Assembly: GCF_964188315.1 (NCBI RefSeq)
Contig: NC_135667.1
Location: forward strand, 5,828,001 to 5,892,000
Direction of reading: 5' to 3'
Source of the DNA: Podarcis muralis
Taxonomy: Eukaryota
DNA length: 64,000 bases
The translations under genes and the position numbers were made by a program. The notes beneath the pieces are model-generated. The model was not told where the DNA came from. It saw only the letters and a program-made list of their open reading frames with translations, and did not search any database. Positions 59,086 to 64,000 of this stretch are shown one piece after another. Within the stretch, counting starts at the first letter, position 1; each line of letters opens with the position of its first letter.

Positions 59086-62000
59086 TCACACAGCACCTGC
59101 CCTTTCCACTTCTGGGCCATCTCTTTCCTGCACAGCCTCGTGGTGGCTTTGTTGAGGATGGAAGAGAAGATCGCTGTAGAGGACCTCTTCGTCTTTTGCC
59201 GAGATGGGATCGTTCTTCAGCGTTGGTTCAGAGGCAGTCACAGTCGGTGGGGAGGCAATGGTGGCATAGGTGACGTCTGAGCTCTGAGGATGGAGAGGGA
59301 AACGGAGGGTGACCCACGGTTCAAGCTGGAAAGCAGAAATGGCTCAGGAACAGTCCATTGAGAAGGAGGTTTCTTTCCCAGTGTACCCCCCAGGGCTCTC
59401 TGCAAAATATACTTCAAACGGGATGACCAGCAAAATACCGTATTTTTCAATCTATAAGACGCCCCCAGGTATAAGATGCCCCCTATTTTGGGGGACTCAA
59501 ATATAAGAAAATGGGGGGAGATGTATCCATGTATAAGACACCCCCTAATTTTTGACATTATTTTTAGGGGGGGACCTAGTGTTCTAACACGGAAAAATAT
59601 GGTAATTTCTGGCACACACATAAGAACTTAAGAATATACACCAGGGGTCAGCAACCTTTTCCAGCCGTGGGCCAGTCCACCATCCCTCAGACCTTGTGGG
59701 GGGTCCAGACTATATATTTTTTTTCGGGGGGGGATGAACAAATTCCTATGCCCCACAAATAACCCAGAGATGCATTTAAAATAAAAGGACACATTCTACT
59801 CATGTAAAAACATGCTGATTCCCGGACTGTCCACGGGCCGGATTGAGAAGGCGATTGGGCTGGATTCAGCCCCCAGGCCTTAGGTTGCCTATCCCTGATA
59901 TACACCTTTAGGCGCCAGGCAAAAACATTCCTCTTTAACCAGGTCTTTGGCCTATTGACACCCAATGCCCTTTTAAATGTGTTGTGGGAGGTGGGATTAC
60001 TGGTTTCTTATTTTTATCATGCATTTTTTTGTTATTTTATACTGTACAGTGGTACCTCGGGTTAAGTACTTAATTCATTCTGGAGGTCCGTTCTTAACCT
60101 GAATCTGTTCTTAACCTGAAGCACCACTTTAGCTAATGGGGCCTCCTGCTGCTGCCGTGCCACTGCTGAGCGATTTCTGTTCTCATCCTGAAGCAAAGTT
60201 CTTAACCTGAGGTACTATTTCTGAGTTTGCGGAGTCTGTAACCTGAAGCGTCTGTAACCTGAAGCGTCTGTGACCCGAGGTACCACTGTAATTTGATGTT
60301 GTGAACCGCCCTGCGATCTGTGGATGTAGGGCAGTATACAAATAATAATAGAATAATAGATTTGCAGGGCTAGGCTAGTGGCCCATCTAGTCCAACATCC
60401 TGTTCTCGCAGTAGCCAACCTGATGCCTGTGGGAAACCCAGGAGCAGCATCCGAGCACAAGAGCAAAACTCTCCCCTCCTGTAGCTTCTAGCAACTGGTG
60501 CTCAGAAGCTTTGCTGCCTCCAGCTGTGGAGGCAGACAATAGCCACTGTGGTGAGCGGCCGCAACGGATGTGGCTGAATCAGTTCGTAAGTTCTGTTTTC
60601 TGTTTCTGACCTTGGCCTGACATATGTACCTGGGAACCTCACAGCCTATCGGGTAATCATCCCTTTTTGTTTATCACCCGGAGTAGTTTGGAAAGGACGC
60701 AGTTGGTGCTGTGGTCTAAACCACTGAGCCTCTTGGGCTTGCCGGTCGGAATCTTGGGCTTGCCGATCGAATCCCCGCGACAGAGTGAACTCCCGTTGCT
60801 CTGTCCCTTCTCCTGCCAACCTAGCAGTTCGAAAGCACGCCATTGCAAGTAGATAAATAGGTACCGCTGTGGCGGGAAGGTAAACGGCATTTCCATGCGC
60901 TCTGGCACTTGTCACAGTGTTTCCATTGCACCAGAATCGGTTTAGTCCTGCTGGCCACATGACCCGGAAAGCTGTCTGTGAACAAACACCAGCTCCCTTG
61001 GCCTGAAAGCGAGATGAGCGCCGCAACCCCAGTCGCCTTTGACTGGACATAACCATCCAGGTGTCCTTTACCTTTTTTTTTTTTTTGCCTTACCTTAGTT
61101 TGTGGGGTGGGGGATAAGGGCTGTAGCTGAGTGGCAAGGTATCTGCACTGCATGCAACAGCTCCCAGGTTTGATCCCTGATGGTATCTTCAGGTAGACTC
61201 CAGTCTGAAACCCTCAAGAGCCACTACCAGTCAATGCAGATAATACTGAGCTAGGCTGGCCAATGACTTGGTATAAAGGAGCTTCTTGTGTTCCTTTGTC
61301 CATGGATGGCCAATTTAGCAGTTATAGACACAAGAGGTTCACGAGTTCTTTTTTTGGTTTTGGTTTCCATTCAAGTGGCCATCCCCACTCCTGGCTGTAG
61401 CTAATTCTCTAAGGACAGCTACACACTTGTTTACTTTCTCACCTGGACGGAAGACCAATCATTACAATTCCTAAGCTTCTTTGAAAGCGATCCTGACCCA
61501 TAAAACTGGTTTCAGTAAGAGGATGGACTCATTTCCCGAGCTCAGATGGAAGCAAAATGCAAACCTAAACCTTTCTACTTACTTTGACCTGAAAGTCTGT
61601 CTTTTGGGGTACCAACAACCCAAACATGTCTTGACTTGTTTCCTCCTTGCTTTCCTTTGTCTCAGATGCTAGCTGATATTTTGATGTGCCCAAGGCAAAA
61701 AGAACTAGAGAGAGAGAGAAAGGGAGTGAAAAGTTAAAAGTATGGTTATGCACCATCCTTATCTCTGATCTGTGAGAGACTCCACAAATTCCTGCACTGA
61801 TCCAGGACTCTGTTTCCTTGGAATGAAGGTCAGCAGAGACTGTGGTGTCTCTAGGGTATATGGTTTTATTTACACACATAAACAACCAGAGCATAGGATG
61901 GAAGGTATCATAGTACTGACATCTCCATAGATCTTGCTTCCCCTTTAGCTTTCCAGGACAGCCCCCAAACCCAGAGCAAACATGTCTCTCTCTTAGAGAT

Positions 62001-62509
62001 GGGAAAGCCTGGGGAAAACCCAGAAAAATTGGAAAGAAACCTGTCCCCAACCCCAATTTTTCTGCCCCCCCCCCCCGGGGGGGGGGGGGGCTTTCTCCAG
62101 CTTCCAGCTCTCACACAACTCTGCCTATTGTTCTCCTATGTAGGTAGGTAAGGAGCTGGAAGAAAAGCCAACCCATCTATTCTATGACACAGAGCGTCTT
62201 TTTTCGTTATGCTAAATTGTGGTACTTAACTAGCCAGCCCAAGTCATTAACTTAACAAAGTGGGCTGGTTTCCACTTACAGATTGTATTATTATGGGATT
62301 TTTAATAGCAGTGCATAGTTAATCTATGGAACTAGGCCCAAAGGGAGGCAGGCTCTTCTTCTGGGGTTTAAGTTGGATGGTCCCAAGGGCCCATCACTTA
62401 CTGCCTTTCTTTCTCCAACAATAGTACGCAAACACGACTGCCGGGATCAGAAGCAGACTAGCCCACCATACATGCCCCATTGATGTAGCAGATGAATCTG
62501 GCAACTGAG
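59086..62509 (-). CDS. Ig-superfamily inhibitory receptor 'gene D', TM and cytoplasmic exons (5' part outside window)
   Basis: Minus-strand exons 62509-62402 (TM VWWASLLLIPAVVFAYYCW-RKKG, GTAAGT donor), 61704-61583, optional 61478-61443, terminal 59283-59086 (SSDVTYATI...EEVLYSDLL...GAV*); phases 1-1-0-0 consistent. Confidence 0.82.
59642..59897. mobile_element. hAT-type MITE
   Basis: TIRs caggggtcagcaacc / ggttgcctatccctg; perfect 8-bp TSD atatacac. Confidence 0.88.
60047..60288. mobile_element. Tc1/mariner-superfamily MITE (cagtggtacc family)
   Basis: TIRs with TA TSD. Confidence 0.85.
60695..61075 (+). mobile_element. Sauria SINE (older subfamily)
   Basis: ggacgcagttggtgctgtggtctaaaccactgagcc...gtcctttacc tail. 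Confidence 0.8.
61118..61295 (+). mobile_element. old tRNA(Ala)-headed SINE
   Basis: gggctgtagctgagtgg...ggtttgatccctg...ccagtcaatgcagataatactgagctag; related fragments at ~22222, ~33040, ~47455. Confidence 0.6.
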
Positions 62510-62704
62510 CTGTGAAGATAAAAAATAAAGGAGCGGGGATGTGCTTAAAAACACACTAACAGGCTTCAAGACAAGTACATAACACAATGTTGAAAGCAAG
62601 TCTTTAAAGAAATAAATTATTTATACATACATACATACATACATACATACATACACTGTGGGCGGCTCACAATATAATATTATAAACATGATAAGACATC
62701 AAAT

Positions 62705-63292
62705 ATTAAAAAATTTCCTAAGCAGGGCGCCTTCAGGTGTCTTCTAAAAGTCAGGTAGTTGTTTATTGATGGGAGGGCATTCCACAGGGCGGGAGCCACT
62801 ACCAAGAAGGCCCTCTGCCTTTTGATGATATGAACTAGCCAAACTTAACTCACCTATAATGGAAACCTCAATGCAGTTACTCCGTTCAGACAGTTGTCCT
62901 GCACTGTTTTCTTCCAAGTAGGCGTTCCACAGGGCGGGCACCACCACTGAGAAGGCCCTCTGCCTGGTTCCCTGTAACCTCACTTCTCGCAGGGAGGGAA
63001 CTGCCAGAAGGCCCTCAGACCTGGACCTCTGTGTCTGGGCTGAACGATGGAGGTGGAGACGCTCCTTCAGATATACTGGACCGAGGCCGTTTAGGGCTTT
63101 CAAGGTCAACACCAACACTTTGAATTGTGCGCGGAAACATACTGGGAGCCAATGTAGGTCTTTCAAGACCAGTGTTATATGGTTTTGGTGGCTGCTCCCA
63201 GTCACCAGTCTAGCTGCCGCATTCTGGATTAGTTGTAGTTTCCAGGTCACCTTCAAAGTTAGCCCCATGTAGAGCACATTGCAGTAGTCCAA
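62705..63292 (-). mobile_element. L2 LINE 3' fragment
   Basis: ORF 62744-63292 DYCNVLYMGL...DLHWLPVCFRAQFKVL. Confidence 0.88.
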
Positions 63293-63477
63293 TATGTAAT
63301 ATTTTACATATTTCCAATAATGAAATATGTTTTCAAAAATGGCAAAGGGTGTTTAAGGAGATAACAGAAATCACTGGGTTAAAGCTGACCAAAATTCCAG
63401 AGGTAGCATTGTTATCAATTTATGGTGGGGTGGAAGGTTCACAGGCTAGGAAGGACTTGCTCTCAAATTTATTGACA

Positions 63478-64000
63478 GAGCCATTTCCGACTTGGAGGAG
63501 AGGGGGTTGCGGGCTAACTCCTCCCACACACGCGCAGGGGCTGGCCTTTGCCCCCCGCGCGAGCAGGGAATCCCCGGGCATGTCACTGAGCCGGCCCGCC
63601 AATCAGCGGGCCGGGGAGGTGGGGCCTGGCCTACTTAAGGCCAGGCACGCCCGGAGACCGCCCTCTTTCCACCTGGGCAGCTGAGAGGTTTTTTTCCATC
63701 CCACCCACCCTTAGGCTTAGCTAGCTATGACCTTGCTATGGACTTCGGTTGGTCGCCGCAAGGGGCCTGGTAGGAATTTTTCCAACTTGGCGCACTTCGA
63801 GCCTTTTGGTTTTTTCGCCTACCTCGTAGCAAACATCACAACTTCCGCGGTATTGGCGGTTAGGCATTGGCAGGGGGAATTGTTATGCAAATGAAAGGGG
63901 GGGAAGGAAGCGCCATCACCTTCCCCCAATGAAAGGGGTAGTCCGGTAGAGGACTCCGGGGGGCGTTGCCTTGTCCGAAACCTAGGGAGGTAAGGGCCTC
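63478..64000. mobile_element. GC-rich LTR-like repeat (family unidentified)
   Basis: Abrupt GC/CpG-rich block with CCAAT (gccaatca) and TATA-like tacttaagg followed by ctctttcc; no terminal structure visible in window. Confidence 0.3.

Noticed and set aside
61565-62056. 163-aa minus-strand ORF as a standalone gene
   Set aside because: Only its last ~40 codons (61704-61583) have splice signals and homology to the receptor tail exon; the rest is intron read-through.
63478-64000. CpG-island promoter of a host gene
   Set aside because: Lies inside an intron of gene D next to L1/L2 fragments and looks LTR-like; cannot be resolved at the window edge.

Overview
Vertebrate (squamate, most likely lacertid lizard) genomic DNA, inferred from Sauria/Squam1-type SINEs plus BovB, L2, L1, Rex1, Penelope and TA-flanked MITEs. 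The window has three blocks. (1) 1-750: the last two coding exons of PDZD11. (2) 6.2-22.2 kb: a mixed cluster of replication-dependent histone genes (H1, H3, H2B, H4, H2B, all with 3' stem-loops, no H2A) and tRNA genes (Gln, Gly, Phe, Ser, Asp, Leu, Ala, Arg, a compensated Gln variant and a Leu pseudogene). (3) 26.6-62.5 kb: four paralogous multi-exon Ig-superfamily receptor genes with leukocyte-receptor-complex-like architecture, reconstructed by hand from splice sites and exon phases. Gene A is inhibitory (2 Ig, 2 ITIM-like motifs). Gene B is activating-type (2 Ig, TM Arg, no tail) and shares a nearly identical first Ig domain with A. Gene C has 5 Ig domains (four from a ~1-kb tandem exon array), a TM Arg, and a tail in which the ancestral ITIM exon is read in a shifted frame. 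Gene D is a convergent inhibitory gene with 2 ITIMs whose extracellular exons lie beyond the window. The best candidate for an undescribed system is this paired activating/inhibitory receptor cluster. All gene models are manual predictions without expression data, and repeat boundaries are approximate.
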